A stretch of DNA of 63,949 nt, the filler included, from Trypethelium eluteriae (taxonomy: Eukaryota): NCBI GenBank assembly GCA_051942245.1. It is 3 parts of 3 records of this genome, joined end to end, with 100 filler letters (N's around TTAATTAATTAA, not from the genome) between each part and the next. Parts side by side here need not be neighbours in the genome. Positions count along the whole stretch, not along the records: positions 44,993 to 63,949 come from JAVECL010000540.1; 2 more parts are not named here. The stretch is one strand, 5' to 3'. Below are positions 62,803-63,949 of the stretch, in pieces. The number at the start of each line of letters is the position of its first letter. Position 1 is the first letter of the stretch. The notes beneath the pieces were generated by a model, which saw nothing but the letters and a program-made list of their open reading frames with translations, had not been told where the DNA came from and made no database searches. The translations under genes and the position numbers were made by a program.

Positions 62803-63949
62803 ATGACCCACCTTCAAGCTGGAACTTCTTTTATTCCTCAATCCTCTGGCTCCTCATATCCTCTCATCCTCGACCACGTACTTTCCTATCCAGGCACTTA
62901 CGAGATACCTCTGCGGACCATGTATACTCTGAATTCTGCTCCACGAGCACAACCACTTCCTCAGAGTCTTAAACAGGCTACAGCATCCCGCAACAGCGAT
63001 GGCGAATCACCATCCAATCCCCAACAAGATGCTGCAGCCCAGTTTACTTCCTCTCTTCTGTCTCAAATTTCTCATCTTCCCTCTCAGCCCTGCTCGCTGC
63101 CGCCGAGCTTCATCAATTCCTTCGTTCGTCGCTGCTTTACGGCTGAGCTAGAAGCCGTTGACTTTCCTCAAGCACTTACTGCCCTTGACTACCTCAAAGA
63201 CCTTGAGCACCGTCGACGACGAGAATCCGCCAACGCCTTCCGCAGGCTAGGACTCGATCCAGCAAACCTCGACGAGGAGCTCGAAAAAGTTGCTCACGAA
63301 TATCCTGGCGTAACAACATGGGTCCGCTCAATCAAAGATAAGGAGAAGAAAGTCGAAGCACTCTACACCCAAATTTACATCGGCCTTCGACGCTGGGTAA
63401 GTCACGAATCAACCACCTTCTCCTCCCCACAATCAATTCCTCCATAACATAGCTAACCACCATTCCCCCCACCCAGATCCTCATCAACGAGCTCCAACTG
63501 CCCCCCTTCAACAAATTCAACTGCGTCGCCATGCTCAACACCCTCTACCCACCCGTCGTGACCGCCCAACCAACAACGCAACTCACACCCACCGTGCTCG
63601 CCCAGCAGCGCGACGGCTGGTTCCGCTACATCACGGCGGTCGAAACCAACGGCGCCGTCGTCCTCGCGAACCTCACCAACCAAGGCCGGCGCCCGGGCGA
63701 CGAAAACGGCTGGCCCGCCCTCCGCTCCTCCCTCGACATGTATCTCCGCACCGCCACCGTCGTCATCGCTGAGTGCACCGACGTGCCCAGCCTGCAGCAG
63801 TTCAGCAACGGGCCCCAGCAGTCGCGCGCCGCTGTTGCCGCCGCCGCCGCAGACGACAGCAATGGCAAGAAGCGTGGGCGTAAGGCTGACTCCGGTGTTA
63901 GTTTTGGGGGCGCGAGCAGTGCTGGTGCGGGTGCGGGTGCGGGTGCGGG
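62803..63949 (+). CDS. Hypothetical fungal protein, running off the window; intron 63397-63476
   Basis: ILDHVLSYPGTYEIPLRTMYTLNS, FVRRCF..VDFPQALTALDYLKDLE, spliced YIGLRRW-ILINEL; the frame is open to the window end. Confidence 0.85.

Noticed and set aside
1..63949. CRISPR arrays, transposases, retroelements or prokaryotic defence systems
   Set aside because: The DNA is intron-containing fungal sequence. I saw no spaced direct-repeat array, TIR/LTR pair, or RT/integrase/DDE motif.

Overview
Eukaryotic DNA from a filamentous ascomycete (Pezizomycotina, Dothideomycete-like by inference). It has short GT-AG introns with CTRAY branch sites. Three sequence blocks are joined by two artificial 100-bp N44-TTAATTAATTAA-N44 spacers. 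I can support about 19 protein genes and one intron-containing tRNA-Thr(AGT). Recognisable genes: RPT6, a VNX1-type cation/H+ exchanger, a Tra2/SR-like RRM protein, NTO1, a cystinosin-like transporter, MSS4, an atypical ATP-dependent DNA ligase, a PTH11-like receptor, a DUF1295 protein and the circadian clock gene frq. Accessory content: a G1-peptidase-like secreted protein, an F-box gene, a protein with a HeLo/SesA-like N-terminus, a HET-6-like gene, a secreted Kex2-processed Arg/Ser-repeat protein, a ~1400-codon GPI-anchored cell-surface gene broken by one in-frame TGA, and a BTB/POZ pseudogene. The main oddities are the secreted RS-domain protein, the interrupted GPI gene, recurrent C-rich to G-rich strand-skew flips that coincide with the assembly gaps, and the frq upstream region (upstream ATGs and a GATC cluster). 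All exon models were read by eye; no database searches were run.
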